Shown here: positions 1 to 10,326 of the stretch, piece after piece | Layout of the letters: every line of letters starts with the position of its first letter | Position numbering within the stretch: the first letter of the stretch is position 1 | From: Blastocatellia bacterium | GTDB taxonomy: Bacteria; Acidobacteriota; Blastocatellia; RBC074 | NCBI GenBank assembly: GCA_035429885.1 | Contig: DAOMFR010000022.1 | Span: 1 to 62,887, forward strand | Direction of reading: 5' to 3' | DNA: 62,887 bases | Program-made: the position numbers and the translations under genes | The notes under the pieces: model-generated | Database searches by the model: none | What the model saw: the letters and a program-made list of their open reading frames with translations, nothing else | What the model was told of the DNA's origin: nothing

Positions 1-94
1 ACTTAAATAAGCAATGTCAGCCGGTCTAGCAGTCAAAATCTGGCATTGAAAGTCCATCATTACTTATTCAGTTACATACTTTCGATAGTTCTCA

Positions 95-135
95 GATTTC
101 CGTTTGCCTGTTTTACAGGCCATCAAACGGAAATC
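95..135. promoter_or_regulatory. Imperfect stem-loop about 100 nt upstream of the TonB-dependent receptor gene (possible operator or RNA structure)
   Basis: Arms GATTTCCGTTTG (95-106) and CAAACGGAAATC (124-135) are exact reverse complements. Inner CCTG (107-110) pairs with CAGG (116-119). There is no U-tract on either strand, so it is not a canonical terminator. Confidence 0.3.
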
Positions 136-231
136 CGAATTCAACACTTTAACTGTTAGCAGTAATGGAGGAGTGCTACCAATCGGTTTCACCTCCCAAC
201 TCATCAACCTCTGATGTAGGAGACCGAAGTT

Positions 232-3200
232 ATGCATCGAAAAGTTTCTTTGCCCATATCCGTACTGGCCTTGGTCGTTTTGCTGAGCTTAACGGCCTTT
301 GGACAGGTAACCACATCCTTATCCGGCACAGTCAGCGACCCAACTGGCGCGGTTGTGTCCGGAGCAACGGTCATTGTCAAACACGCCGAAACCGGCATTG
401 AGTACAGAGCAACCTCTTCCGGCAGTGGATTGTTCACAGTGCCGTCGTTGTCGGCGGGAACGTACACACTCAAAGTCAACGCACAAGGGTTCAAACAAGC
501 TGAAGTGCGCGACATCAACATCAACGCGGGCGTTCCGGCAACGGTGAACCTGTCATTGGAAATTGGCGCGGCCAGCGAATCTGTTGTGGTGCAAGGCGGC
601 GCAGAGATCTTGCAGACTCAATCCGCAAACATCGCCACGACATTGAACATCAATCAAATTGCCAGCCTGCCGCTGATTTCCCGCAATCCGATCAATTTCG
701 TGGCCTTGTTGCCGGGCGTGACCACACCAACAGACACTCGAAATTCCATCATCAACGGATTGCCGGAAGCGGCGATTGATATCACCCTGGACGGCATCAA
801 CATCCAGGACAACTTCAACAAAACAGGTGACGGATTATTTGCGCGCGTTGCGCCCAGCCTCGATTCCGTTCAGGAAGTAACCGTCTCCACTGCGACCCCG
901 GAAGCCAGTGGCGGAGCACAAGGAGGCGTGCAAGTTAAATTTGTTACTCGACAGGGAACGAATGAATTTCACGGCGGGCTTTACGAATATCACCGCAATC
1001 CGGCGCTCAATTCCAATTACTGGTTCAATAACCGCGATCTGGCTCCGGATCCGCGCACGGGCAAAGCGCCGCGTCCGCGCGTATTGTTCAACCAATATGG
1101 CGGACGTTTGGGTGGCCCAATCTGGATTCCGAAGCTTTTCGATGGACGCAACAAAGCGTTCTTTTTCGTCAATTACGAAGAATTCAAACAACCGACGCAA
1201 GTCAACCGGCAACGCACGATTCTGAACCCGACCACGCAACAGGGCATCTTCCAATACAACACGTCCGCAGGCATCAGACAGGTAAATCTGTTGTCGCTGG
1301 CGGCGGCCAACAACCAGACTTCGACGATTGACCCAATCATCGGGAAATTACTGGCGGACATTCGCAATGCCACGAACGGCGTCGGCGGCATCACACAATT
1401 GACCGATCCGAACTTCCAGCGGTTCAGTTACAGCCCTGGCGGCAGCAGTTTCAACCAGCGACCGACTGTGCGTTTTGACGTCAATATGACGGATAAACAC
1501 CATCTGGAACTTTCCTGGACTTATTTCCGAGGTCGCGGCGGCCCCGACTTTTTGAACAACGTCGAACCTGCGTTCCCCGGCTTCCCGAACGAAGGCAGCC
1601 AGCCTGCGGATCGGTACACCGGTTCAGTCGGCGTTCGCTCGACTCTGTCGCCTACCATCGTCAACGAAGCGCGCGCAGGTCTTTCTGGCGGCCCTTCGCG
1701 TTTCAACCCATCGGCGACAGCGGCCAGTTTCAGCGGGCCAGTAGCCAATCAAGGCGGATTTGCGCTGAACATCAACGGCGCAATCGGCAACAGTCTAACG
1801 AATCCATACGTCGTCACAGCACCCAGCCGCCGCAATCCGCTGTTCCGCACCATCAGCGACACCTTGACCTGGACGCGAGGATCGCATTCGATGAACTTCG
1901 GAACCCAGTACACCGAAGTCAAACTGACATATAACGCTCAGACGTTGGTGCCGACGATCAACTTTGGCGTCAACGTGAATGACCCGGCAAATGCAATGTT
2001 CGTAGCCGGTAATTTCCAAGGCGCATCCGCGACAGACATCACCAATGCGCGGAACATTTACGCGGTTTTGACCGGTCGAGTCATTGCCATCAACGCCAAC
2101 GCTCGTTTAGTCGAAGAAAACGGCCAGTACAAATATTTGGGCAACGCCTTTGAACGTTCACGCCAACGGGAAATCGGCTTCTTTGCTCAGGATAGCTGGC
2201 GTGTTCGCCAGAATCTGACGCTCAATTACGGCTTGCGTTGGGAGCTTCAAGGATCGTTCGTTCCGAACAACAGCAGCTATTCAACAATGAGCCTGGACGA
2301 TTTGTGGGGAGTGTCCGGACCGGGAAATTTGTTCAAACCCGGCACGCTGACAGGGCGCACATCCCAGTTTGTTCAGTTCAAGAAAGGCGACGAATCTTAT
2401 AACCCGGATTACAAAAACTTCGCGCCGAGCTTCGGCTTTGCCTGGCGACCGAATTTCAAGACGGGTTTGTTAAAACGTCTGGTTGGGGAAGGCGGTGAAA
2501 CCGTGGTGCGCGGAGGATATTCAATGTCGTACAGTCGTTTTGGCATTGGCGATTTTCGCGGCACGTTGTCGGCCAACCCCGGCATTATTGTCACCACCAA
2601 CCGCGACCTGACAATTGGCAACCTGGTCGGCGGCAGCCTGGGTTCGCTGCCGTTGCTGTTCCGCGAAACCAGCCGACTTGGCCCGCCAACATTTTCAACG
2701 ACGCCAAACTACCCTTTCATTTCCGGTTCCAGCGCCGCTCCAATTACGGCTTCCGGTAACATCTACGACCCCAATCTGAAAGTTCCGTACATCCAATCCT
2801 GGAGCTTCGGCATTCAGCGCGAAATCAACAAAGACACGGCGATTGAAGTTCGTTACGTCGGCACCCGCTATTTGCGCGGTTGGACGACCTACGATCTCAA
2901 CGATAATGAAAATAATATCGTGGAAAATGGAATGCTTGCCGAGTTCAAACTGGCGCAAGCCAACTTGCAGGCCAACATTGCGGCAGGCCGAGGCAATACC
3001 TACCGTTATTTTGGTCCCGGCACAGGTACCTCACCATTGCCAATTACACTGGCGTACTTCAACGGAAAAGTGGATCCGAACGCCGCCGCCAATTACACCT
3101 CCAGCAACTTTGCCAGTACGACGTTCGTCAATCCGCTGGCCTTGAACAATCCAGCACCAATCACTTACGCGGCGAATTTGCATAGCGATGCAACGCGCAG

Positions 3201-4107
3201 AGCCAATGCTCTGGCGGCTGGCTTGCCTGCGAATTTCTTCCTGACCAACCCTGATTTGCGCGGTGGAGCAAACTTCACTGGCAATGGCGGCTACACACGC
3301 TTTGATGGATTGCAGATTGATATGCGCCGTCGCATGTCACACGGTCTGCTGGTGCAGGCGAATTACCAATTCGCCAAAGGCTTCAGTTCCTCGCGTGTCA
3401 GCTTCCGCGCTCCGCGTGTCAACGCGCTGAACACGTTCAACCTGACGCATGCCTTCAAAGTGAACTGGGTGTACGAATTGCCGGTTGGCCGCGGCAAGGC
3501 GTTGTTTGGGAAAGCCGGCGGCGTTTTGGATCGGGTCATCGGCGGCTGGGAATTTGACGGCGCGGCCCGCGTGCAAAGCGGTCAGATTCTGAATTACGGC
3601 AACGTCAACCTGGTTGGCATGACAATGAAAGACCTGCAAAAAGCCTTCAAGCTGCGCTTCGATGATGCCAACAAGATCATCTTTGCGTTGCCGCAGGACA
3701 TCATTGACAACACGATACGGGCATTCAACGTCAGCGCAACTTCGGCCAACGGTTACGGCAGCCTGGGCGCACCAATCGGACGTTACATCGCTCCAGCCAA
3801 TAGCACTCGGTGCATTCAGGTTTACAACGGCCAGTGCGCTCCGCAAAACATATACGTTACCGGGCCGCGCTTCACACGTTTCGACCTGAGTATGGTGAAG
3901 AAGGTCAAGATCACTGAGCGAGTGAATTTCGAGCTGCGCGGTGAATTCCTGAACGCGTTCAACAACGCCAATTTCTTCGCCAGCACCAATTTGACCAACT
4001 TCACCAGCGCAAGCTTTGGTCAAATCACGTCGGCGTACACGGATTCGTCAAACACCAACGATCCGGGCGGGCGAATCGTTCAAATCGTCGGACGAATTAA
4101 CTTCTAA
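232..4107 (+). CDS. TonB-dependent outer-membrane receptor with N-terminal carboxypeptidase-regulatory-like domain
   Basis: 1291-aa ORF with a Sec signal (LALVVLLSLTAFGQ). It has a CarboxypepD_reg-like beta-sandwich (GTVSDPTGAVVSGATVIVKH ... GTYTLKV) and a long beta-barrel-like body ending in an aromatic residue (RINF). Confidence 0.85.
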   Translation: MHRKVSLPISVLALVVLLSLTAFGQVTTSLSGTVSDPTGAVVSGATVIVKHAETGIEYRATSSGSGLFTVPSLSAGTYTLKVNAQGFKQAEVRDININAGVPATVNLSLEIGAASESVVVQGGAEILQTQSANIATTLNINQIASLPLISRNPINFVALLPGVTTPTDTRNSIINGLPEAAIDITLDGINIQDNFNKTGDGLFARVAPSLDSVQEVTVSTATPEASGGAQGGVQVKFVTRQGTNEFHGGLYEYHRNPALNSNYWFNNRDLAPDPRTGKAPRPRVLFNQYGGRLGGPIWIPKLFDGRNKAFFFVNYEEFKQPTQVNRQRTILNPTTQQGIFQYNTSAGIRQVNLLSLAAANNQTSTIDPIIGKLLADIRNATNGVGGITQLTDPNFQRFSYSPGGSSFNQRPTVRFDVNMTDKHHLELSWTYFRGRGGPDFLNNVEPAFPGFPNEGSQPADRYTGSVGVRSTLSPTIVNEARAGLSGGPSRFNPSATAASFSGPVANQGGFALNINGAIGNSLTNPYVVTAPSRRNPLFRTISDTLTWTRGSHSMNFGTQYTEVKLTYNAQTLVPTINFGVNVNDPANAMFVAGNFQGASATDITNARNIYAVLTGRVIAINANARLVEENGQYKYLGNAFERSRQREIGFFAQDSWRVRQNLTLNYGLRWELQGSFVPNNSSYSTMSLDDLWGVSGPGNLFKPGTLTGRTSQFVQFKKGDESYNPDYKNFAPSFGFAWRPNFKTGLLKRLVGEGGETVVRGGYSMSYSRFGIGDFRGTLSANPGIIVTTNRDLTIGNLVGGSLGSLPLLFRETSRLGPPTFSTTPNYPFISGSSAAPITASGNIYDPNLKVPYIQSWSFGIQREINKDTAIEVRYVGTRYLRGWTTYDLNDNENNIVENGMLAEFKLAQANLQANIAAGRGNTYRYFGPGTGTSPLPITLAYFNGKVDPNAAANYTSSNFASTTFVNPLALNNPAPITYAANLHSDATRRANALAAGLPANFFLTNPDLRGGANFTGNGGYTRFDGLQIDMRRRMSHGLLVQANYQFAKGFSSSRVSFRAPRVNALNTFNLTHAFKVNWVYELPVGRGKALFGKAGGVLDRVIGGWEFDGAARVQSGQILNYGNVNLVGMTMKDLQKAFKLRFDDANKIIFALPQDIIDNTIRAFNVSATSANGYGSLGAPIGRYIAPANSTRCIQVYNGQCAPQNIYVTGPRFTRFDLSMVKKVKITERVNFELRGEFLNAFNNANFFASTNLTNFTSASFGQITSAYTDSSNTNDPGGRIVQIVGRINF

Positions 4108-4120
4108 CTCCGCTTTTCCG

Positions 4121-4157
4121 GGAGCGGTTCAGGCATCCGTCTGAACCGCTCCTTTTT
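4121..4157 (+). terminator. Rho-independent terminator after the receptor gene
   Basis: 12-bp perfect stem GGAGCGGTTCAG / CTGAACCGCTCC with an 8-nt loop, followed by TTTTT (4153-4157). Confidence 0.8.
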
Positions 4158-4168
4158 CCATTTCAGCG

Positions 4169-5965
4169 ATGAACACACTCGACCGTCGCACATTTCTCGC
4201 CACTGTTTCCTGTTCAATGGCTGGTTTTGCTTCAGCTCCATTGTTTCCCGTTCAATTGAACCTGTCTGAATTTGCCGGTCAGTGCCTGGAAGATTCCCAC
4301 AACAATCTGCCTGTGTGCTGGTTGGACATCGCCGCGCCTTTCATTGTCGAAGACGCAGAGCTTGGCATTCATAGCGAGATTGTCTTGACCTCGAACACCT
4401 TTGCCGGTTCAGCCGGACATGTAGAGTCTGAAAACGCGACGGAATACGAAATTTATCTTTATGATGCATCAGGGCAGGCAGTCGGCACGGACGGCCTGGC
4501 GCGCCGCATTGTCGTCAAGGCGCTGAATACCACGGTCATTCCTGTGCGAGAGTTGATCGGTGAACAAACAAAATTCTGGGGAGGATTGAAAATCCGCTTG
4601 CGCCCTGCAGGCCAGCAAAAACTGCACGCGACGGATCTGTTCAGCTCTGCGTTTGTTCGTTGGTATACGGCCCAATCGTTTGACGCCATTCATGCCAACC
4701 CTGATCCGCTGCAATGGCAAACCTCTGACAGCTATTTTTACTCGATGCCGTTTCCGGCGCTCGACCAATACGAATGCGTGTTCAGCTTGTTCAACCCGAA
4801 CAACATCTCCAGCGCGGGCGAACTGACTGCCACTGATTCCCTGGGCAAACGGATTGCCAGCCGACGCTATGAATTGAAACCGCATGCTTCCCTGCTTTTT
4901 GATGTGAACGCTGGCAAAGTCATCTCGAATCCCTGGTCATCCGATAAAACCGAAAAACCAGGAACCGGCGGCGGCCTGCTGTCGGTCGTCAACGATTCCG
5001 GCACGGCCAAAGGGTTTGGCTTTATGATGATTCGCCGCAATGCCCAGAAACGGTTCAGTGTGGAGCATATGATTCATCAAAGCGTCTTCAAACAAACGCC
5101 GCCAGTTGCTCCCTTTGACGACAAGAATCAGTTCAAAGCAAAAAATGTGTTGTACACGCCGCTGCTGTTCCACAACAAAAAACTGACCGCGAACAACGAA
5201 CACCTGACGCTGGAATCCAGATTTCATCTTGGAGCGGGGCTGCCGCTGGAAGAATCGTTGTGGTTGTATCCGTTCGCGGTGAACGCCAAGGGAGAAGCAG
5301 TTTGGTCCGCGCTGGCTGATCCCAAAATCACCCGGGCACTGCCAGAGCAAACCGAGCGCGGCGTCATCCGGTTAAAAGCACATCAAAGCTGCATGCTGGA
5401 TTTCAACCAGCTTTCGTTGCCGATTGGATTTTCTTCGGGCGGGTTGGCCGTCGCTGTTTCACCGGACACGAATCACACGTTGTTCAAAGTTGAAGTGCGA
5501 ATTCCGGAATGGAATGCCCACGCCTTTACGCATTTCCGTCCGGGATTGCGTTCCGCTCGGTTGTATCAAAAACCCAAAGAGCGCGGAGGGTTGGCAACCG
5601 ATTACATTACATCAGGCGCGCGCATCACCAGACGCAACCAAACCATCACGTTTGATGAGTTAATCTGTGTCATCAACATTGATGACCGAGGATTGGAAGC
5701 CCGCCCGAAGTTGGAATTATTCGGTTCCAAAGGGCTGGCGGCCCGAATCGCGCTCAACCCCATTCCGCCCTTTGCGTGTCACCAATTCCTGCTTACGGAG
5801 GTGCTGGAAGGCGACGGAAACAACGAATTGCTAAGCTTGCGATTGGTTGATGATCAGGCGACACTGCTAATGTCCGTGGTGCACATTGACCATCAGCGTC
5901 GAGACATCGCGCTTGATCATGGCTCTGATCGCTTCTCTACCTTTCAAGACTTTATTTGTCAGTGA
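4169..5965 (+). CDS. Tat-exported protein of unknown function (598 aa)
   Basis: Twin-arginine signal (DRRTFLATVSCSMAGFASAP). It is a long ORF co-directional with the receptor gene, and I recognise no catalytic motif. Confidence 0.7.
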   Translation: MNTLDRRTFLATVSCSMAGFASAPLFPVQLNLSEFAGQCLEDSHNNLPVCWLDIAAPFIVEDAELGIHSEIVLTSNTFAGSAGHVESENATEYEIYLYDASGQAVGTDGLARRIVVKALNTTVIPVRELIGEQTKFWGGLKIRLRPAGQQKLHATDLFSSAFVRWYTAQSFDAIHANPDPLQWQTSDSYFYSMPFPALDQYECVFSLFNPNNISSAGELTATDSLGKRIASRRYELKPHASLLFDVNAGKVISNPWSSDKTEKPGTGGGLLSVVNDSGTAKGFGFMMIRRNAQKRFSVEHMIHQSVFKQTPPVAPFDDKNQFKAKNVLYTPLLFHNKKLTANNEHLTLESRFHLGAGLPLEESLWLYPFAVNAKGEAVWSALADPKITRALPEQTERGVIRLKAHQSCMLDFNQLSLPIGFSSGGLAVAVSPDTNHTLFKVEVRIPEWNAHAFTHFRPGLRSARLYQKPKERGGLATDYITSGARITRRNQTITFDELICVINIDDRGLEARPKLELFGSKGLAARIALNPIPPFACHQFLLTEVLEGDGNNELLSLRLVDDQATLLMSVVHIDHQRRDIALDHGSDRFSTFQDFICQ

Positions 5966-5988
5966 CTATTTTTGATTCGGAGGAATGC

Positions 5989-6690
5989 ATGAAAAAAATT
6001 GCTGTTGTTCTTGCTTGTTTGTTTGCGCTGACGGTTGCCGTCGAAGCGCAGAAAAAATACAAACCCTGGATGGAATGGACGGAGAAAGATGTTCTCAAAA
6101 TGCTGAACGACTCTCCGTGGGGACAAACTCAAACTGAAACGAACACTGCGGAGATGTTTTACACGCCAACATCCGACAGAGCCAGAAACGCCAGCCGCGA
6201 CCAACAAGGCGCGTTAAACCAAGCCGTCAACCTGAACTTCCGCATTCGCTTTCTATCCGCCCGCCCCATTCGCGAAGCCATCGCCAAACAGGTGATGACT
6301 CAGAATCCAAAATTGACAGAATCACTCAAGGCCTTTGCCGAACAAACATCCAACGACTGGATTGTTGTTGCAGTGGATTATGATTCCACTGACCGGCGAG
6401 TGTCTGGCCCGGCAATGCAGGCATTTGCATCAGCCAGTCCCGGCCAGTTAAAAACCAACACGTACTTAGAAACCAAAGACGGCAAGCGCGTGTTTCTGAA
6501 TCAATATTTACCGCCAAGCAATGACGGCATGGGAGCGAAATACGTATTTCCACGTGTCGTGGACGGCAAACCAGTTGCCACTGCGGATAGCGGCTTTATC
6601 CGGTTTTATTCGGAACTCACCTCTACGATCAAACTCAACATGCGATTCAAAATCGCCGACATGGTGTACAACGACAAATTGGAGTTTTGA
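5989..6690 (+). CDS. Secreted protein of unknown function (233 aa from preferred start)
   Basis: An ATG at 5989 is preceded by GGAGGA (5979-5984), and the Sec signal is MKKIAVVLACLFALTVAVEAQ. The track start at 5956 is a TTG that overlaps the upstream stop codon. Confidence 0.7.
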   Translation: MKKIAVVLACLFALTVAVEAQKKYKPWMEWTEKDVLKMLNDSPWGQTQTETNTAEMFYTPTSDRARNASRDQQGALNQAVNLNFRIRFLSARPIREAIAKQVMTQNPKLTESLKAFAEQTSNDWIVVAVDYDSTDRRVSGPAMQAFASASPGQLKTNTYLETKDGKRVFLNQYLPPSNDGMGAKYVFPRVVDGKPVATADSGFIRFYSELTSTIKLNMRFKIADMVYNDKLEF

Positions 6691-6724
6691 TCGAAACCGG
6701 TTACATCTATTTCAACCAGCGCGC

Positions 6725-6760
6725 CGCGCCAGCCGACAATCGGCGACCGGCGCGTTTTCT
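6725..6760 (+). terminator. Probable intrinsic terminator (bulged GC-rich hairpin plus T-run)
   Basis: CGCGCC (6725-6730) pairs with GGCGCG (6749-6754). Inner GCCG pairs with CGGC, followed by TTTTCTTT. Confidence 0.4.
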
Positions 6761-6816
6761 TTAAGCCGCGCCTATAACCATTCAACCTATCGAAATTCGA
6801 GGTACACAAACCAACT

Positions 6817-7782
6817 ATGAACATTTGGTGCAATGCTTTTCTGTCAGAAGAATCAAAAGCCCGGTTGTGCGAATCCGTCGGTGAACATCGCATTATCTTT
6901 GGCGATGGGACATTGGCAGCTTGGGCCAACAGTGCGGAATCACCAACGTTGCCGGACGATGCCGAAATCGCTTTTGGTCAACCTGCCCCGGAACAGTTGA
7001 TGCAAAGCAAACATTTGCAGTGGGCGCACCTGAGCAGCGCTGGTTACACGCCGTATGATCGCGCGGATTTGCGCGCGGTGTTTCAACAGGAAAAGAAAAT
7101 CCTGACTAACAGCTCCAACGTGTACGCCGAACCAACCGCTGAACATGTCGTCGCCATGATTTATGCGTTGGCCAGACTGCTGCCTCAATCCCTGGACAGT
7201 CAACGACAAGATCACGGCTGGCCTTATTTTGAAACGCGAGCAGCTTCAAAACTGTTGAAAGGCCAAACGGTGCTGTTGCTAAGCTTCGGTCACATTGCTC
7301 GCCGCGTTGCGGAATTGCTGGCTCCGTTAGGAATGAACATCGTCGCTGTTCGCCGGAAAGTCGCGGGCGATGAACCCATTCGCGTGCTGCCCGATAGCGA
7401 AGTGAACAGTTTGCTGCCAACGGCGGATCACATCGTCAACATCTTGCCTGCCAGCCCGGAAACGAAAAACTTTCTGAATGCCGAGCGGCTGACATTGGCC
7501 AGACGCGGAGCGATTGTTTACAACATTGGGCGTGGCACGACCGTGGATCAGGAAGCATTACGCGAAAGCTTGGTGTCCGGCCACCTCGCGGCAGCCTATC
7601 TGGACGTGACGGAACCGGAACCGTTGCCGCCGGATCATCCGCTGTGGACAACGCCAAACTGTTTCATCACTCCGCATTCGGGCGGCGGTCATTCGGATGA
7701 ACCCGACCGTTTGGTCGATCACTTTCTGGAAAATTTACAACGATTCAGCAGCGGCCTAGAACTGCTCAATCGCATCGTTTGA
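6817..7782 (+). CDS. D-isomer-specific 2-hydroxyacid dehydrogenase family protein
   Basis: The catalytic-region motifs of the family are present (NIGRG, DVTEPEP, ITPHSGG). The length of 321 aa is typical. Confidence 0.8.
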   Translation: MNIWCNAFLSEESKARLCESVGEHRIIFGDGTLAAWANSAESPTLPDDAEIAFGQPAPEQLMQSKHLQWAHLSSAGYTPYDRADLRAVFQQEKKILTNSSNVYAEPTAEHVVAMIYALARLLPQSLDSQRQDHGWPYFETRAASKLLKGQTVLLLSFGHIARRVAELLAPLGMNIVAVRRKVAGDEPIRVLPDSEVNSLLPTADHIVNILPASPETKNFLNAERLTLARRGAIVYNIGRGTTVDQEALRESLVSGHLAAAYLDVTEPEPLPPDHPLWTTPNCFITPHSGGGHSDEPDRLVDHFLENLQRFSSGLELLNRIV

Positions 7783-7863
7783 ATCAACGTTGCGACCGAT
7801 AAATAGCGTTTGCGATTGATCCGCTCGCGACTGACTCGACCTCAGACTTGAAAAGGTAAAGGT

Positions 7864-9486
7864 GTGAAAGAAAGCAAGACAGACGTTTTGATTGCCGGTG
7901 GCAGCATTGGCGGTTGTGCGGCAGCCTTAGCCGCGGCACGTTCTGGCCACCGGGTCATCCTGACTGAAGAATGTGACTGGATCGGCGGGCAACTCACTTC
8001 GCAAGCCGTGCCACCAGACGAACACGGTTGGATCGAACGGTTTGGTTGCACGGCAACGTACCGGCAATTTCGCGATGGCGTGCGGAATTATTACCGCAGA
8101 AATTATCCACTGACCGACGCTGCTCGCGGCAACCCGTTTTTGAACCCCGGCAACGGATGGGTTTCGCCGCTTTGCCATGAGCCTCGCGTGGCGTTGGCCA
8201 TCATCAATGCGATGCTGGCTCCGTTCGTCAGCAATGGAAGTTTGACAATTTTGCTGAACCATCGCCTGGTGGCAGCGGATGTCGAAGGCGACAAAGTTCG
8301 AGCCGTGACCTTGCTGGACAAACAAACTGGCGACGAAATCACTATCGCCGCCGATTACTTTCTGGACGCGACGGAACTTGGAGATTTGCTGCCTCTGACT
8401 GGAACTGAATACGTCAGCGGTGCGGAAGCTCAATCGCAAACCGGCGAACCGAGCGCACCAGTTCAAGCTCAGCCTCAAAATGTCCAAGCCTTTTCGATGT
8501 GCTTTGCGATGGAATTTCGCGAAGGCGAAAACCACACCATCGAGCGCCCGGCCAATTACGATTTCTGGCGAGATTACGCGCCGCAGCTTTCGCCGCCTTG
8601 GCCCGGACGCTTGCTGAGTTGGGAAATCACACACCCGCGAACAATGCTGCCGCATCGGTACCATTTTGATCCGCACCGCGAACCATCCACAGCCTTTGCC
8701 GGTTTGTGGACATATCGCCGGATCATTGATCGCGCCAACTTTGCACCCGGCTTTTACGCCGGAGATGTGTCGCTAATGAATGTGCCGATGCTCGATTATT
8801 TGCTGGGTGACATTTCTGACGCCAGCGAAGCCGACCGCGCACTTCACATCCGCCAAGCCAAAGAATTGAGCCTGTCGTTTTTTTATTGGCTGCAAACCGA
8901 AGCGCCGCGACCAGACGGCGGCGCGGGCTTTCCCGGATTGCGGTTGCGAGGCGATTTGACCGGATCAACTGACGGATTGGCGAAAATGCCTTACATTCGC
9001 GAATCACGCCGCATCAAAGCCGAGTTCACCGTCGTCGAACAACATGTTGCCGAAGCTTTGCGACCTGGCCAGACTTACGCTCAACCTTACCGTGATTCCG
9101 TTGGCATTGGTTATTACCGAATTGACCTTCATCCTTCGACGGGAGGCGACAACTACATAGATGTCGGCTCGCTGCCGTTTCAGATTCCACTCAGCGCCTT
9201 GATTCCGCAACGAATGGAAAACCTGCTGCCCGCCTGCAAAAACATTGGCACGACACACATCACCAATGGCTGTTACCGTTTGCATCCTGTCGAATGGAAC
9301 ATTGGCGAAGCCGCCGGTTCCGTGGCGGCGCATTGCCTGGAACAGAAAACTGCGCCGCGTCAGATTTCCCGAAATGAAAGCAAGCTGGCAGATATTCAGC
9401 GGCGCCTGGTCAATCAAGGCGTGGAATTGACTTGGCCGGAAGATTTAGTTTTAGCTGAAGGTGATCCACACGCTCACGCAAAATAA
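7864..9486 (+). CDS. FAD-dependent oxidoreductase (FAD_oxidored-type)
   Basis: GTG start. The N-terminal dinucleotide-binding motif is DVLIAGGSIGGCAAALAAARSG. 540 aa. Confidence 0.75.
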   Translation: MKESKTDVLIAGGSIGGCAAALAAARSGHRVILTEECDWIGGQLTSQAVPPDEHGWIERFGCTATYRQFRDGVRNYYRRNYPLTDAARGNPFLNPGNGWVSPLCHEPRVALAIINAMLAPFVSNGSLTILLNHRLVAADVEGDKVRAVTLLDKQTGDEITIAADYFLDATELGDLLPLTGTEYVSGAEAQSQTGEPSAPVQAQPQNVQAFSMCFAMEFREGENHTIERPANYDFWRDYAPQLSPPWPGRLLSWEITHPRTMLPHRYHFDPHREPSTAFAGLWTYRRIIDRANFAPGFYAGDVSLMNVPMLDYLLGDISDASEADRALHIRQAKELSLSFFYWLQTEAPRPDGGAGFPGLRLRGDLTGSTDGLAKMPYIRESRRIKAEFTVVEQHVAEALRPGQTYAQPYRDSVGIGYYRIDLHPSTGGDNYIDVGSLPFQIPLSALIPQRMENLLPACKNIGTTHITNGCYRLHPVEWNIGEAAGSVAAHCLEQKTAPRQISRNESKLADIQRRLVNQGVELTWPEDLVLAEGDPHAHAK

Positions 9487-9490
9487 GCAA

Positions 9491-9535
9491 GTAACCTTGG
9501 AATGCTGCGCCTTTGGCGCAGCATTCCAAGGTTAC
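9491..9535. terminator. 21-bp perfect palindrome between convergent genes (bidirectional terminator candidate)
   Basis: GTAACCTTGGAATGCTGCGCC (9491-9511) and GGCGCAGCATTCCAAGGTTAC (9515-9535) are exact reverse complements. The right arm overlaps the thyA stop codon (9532-9534). Confidence 0.6.
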
Positions 9536-10326
9536 ACGGCGATTGGCGCTGAGATCGAAGAATGCGATTGGTAATTCAGCAGCTCGAAATCTTCGAAGTG
9601 GTAATCGAAGATCGAATCCGGCTTTCGCTTCAGGTGCAATTGCGGCAACGGAAATGGCTCGCGCGACAATTGCAGTTTCACTTGTTCCAGATGGTTCAGG
9701 TAAATGTGGCAATCGCCTCCCGTCCAGATGAATTCGCCCACACCAAGTTCACACTGTTCGGCGATCATATGCGTTAGCAAGGCATAACTGGCGATGTTGA
9801 ATGGCACTCCCAGAAAACAGTCGGCGGAGCGTTGGAACAAGAGGCAAGACAACTTTCCTTCGACGACGTAAAACTGAAATATCGCGTGGCAAGGCGTCAG
9901 CGCCATTTGGTCCAGTTCGCCTACGTTCCAGGCGGAAACGATCAAGCGACGCGAATCAGGGTTGGACTTGATCTGGCTAATCACCTGGCTGATCTGGTCA
10001 ATGGTTTTGCCATCGCTTGCGCCCCAGCTTCGCCATTGCTTCCCATAAATCGGGCCAAGTTCACCATCTGCGTCAGCCCATTCATCCCAAATACTGACGC
10101 CGTTTTCTTTCAAGTATTTGATATTGGTTTCTCCGCGCAAAAACCACAACAGTTCATGAATGATTGAACGCAGGTGCAGCTTTTTGGTCGTCACGACAGG
10201 AAAGCCTTCAGCCAGATCGAATCGCATCTGATGCCCGAAAGTACTGATCGTGCCCACTCCAGTTCGATCGGTTTTTTCCACGCCGTTTTTCATGACATGA
10301 GCCAGTAGATCCAGGTATTGCTTCAT
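9532..10326 (-). CDS. thyA: Thymidylate synthase
   Basis: 264 aa. [38 protein letters not shown] and the rest of the protein are collinear with classical ThyA. Confidence 0.97.
   Translation of the reverse strand: MKQYLDLLAHVMKNGVEKTDRTGVGTISTFGHQMRFDLAEGFPVVTTKKLHLRSIIHELLWFLRGETNIKYLKENGVSIWDEWADADGELGPIYGKQWRSWGASDGKTIDQISQVISQIKSNPDSRRLIVSAWNVGELDQMALTPCHAIFQFYVVEGKLSCLLFQRSADCFLGVPFNIASYALLTHMIAEQCELGVGEFIWTGGDCHIYLNHLEQVKLQLSREPFPLPQLHLKRKPDSIFDYHFEDFELLNYQSHSSISAPIAV

Noticed and set aside
3337-4023. 228-aa minus-strand ORF, plus several other ORFs of 60-140 aa, inside the TonB receptor gene.
   Set aside because: They are fully embedded antisense to a 1291-aa gene with clear family features. 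They have no SD and an Arg/Ala-rich shadow-ORF composition.
6817-7782. Degenerate Rossmann fingerprint (SFGHIA instead of GxGxxG) in the 2-hydroxyacid dehydrogenase.
   Set aside because: The catalytic Arg/Glu/His region motifs are intact and fingerprint variation occurs in this family. This is not strong enough to call a pseudoenzyme without an alignment.
7927-8676. 249-aa minus-strand ORF.
   Set aside because: It is antisense to the FAD-dependent oxidoreductase gene, has an Arg-rich shadow composition, and carries no recognisable motif.
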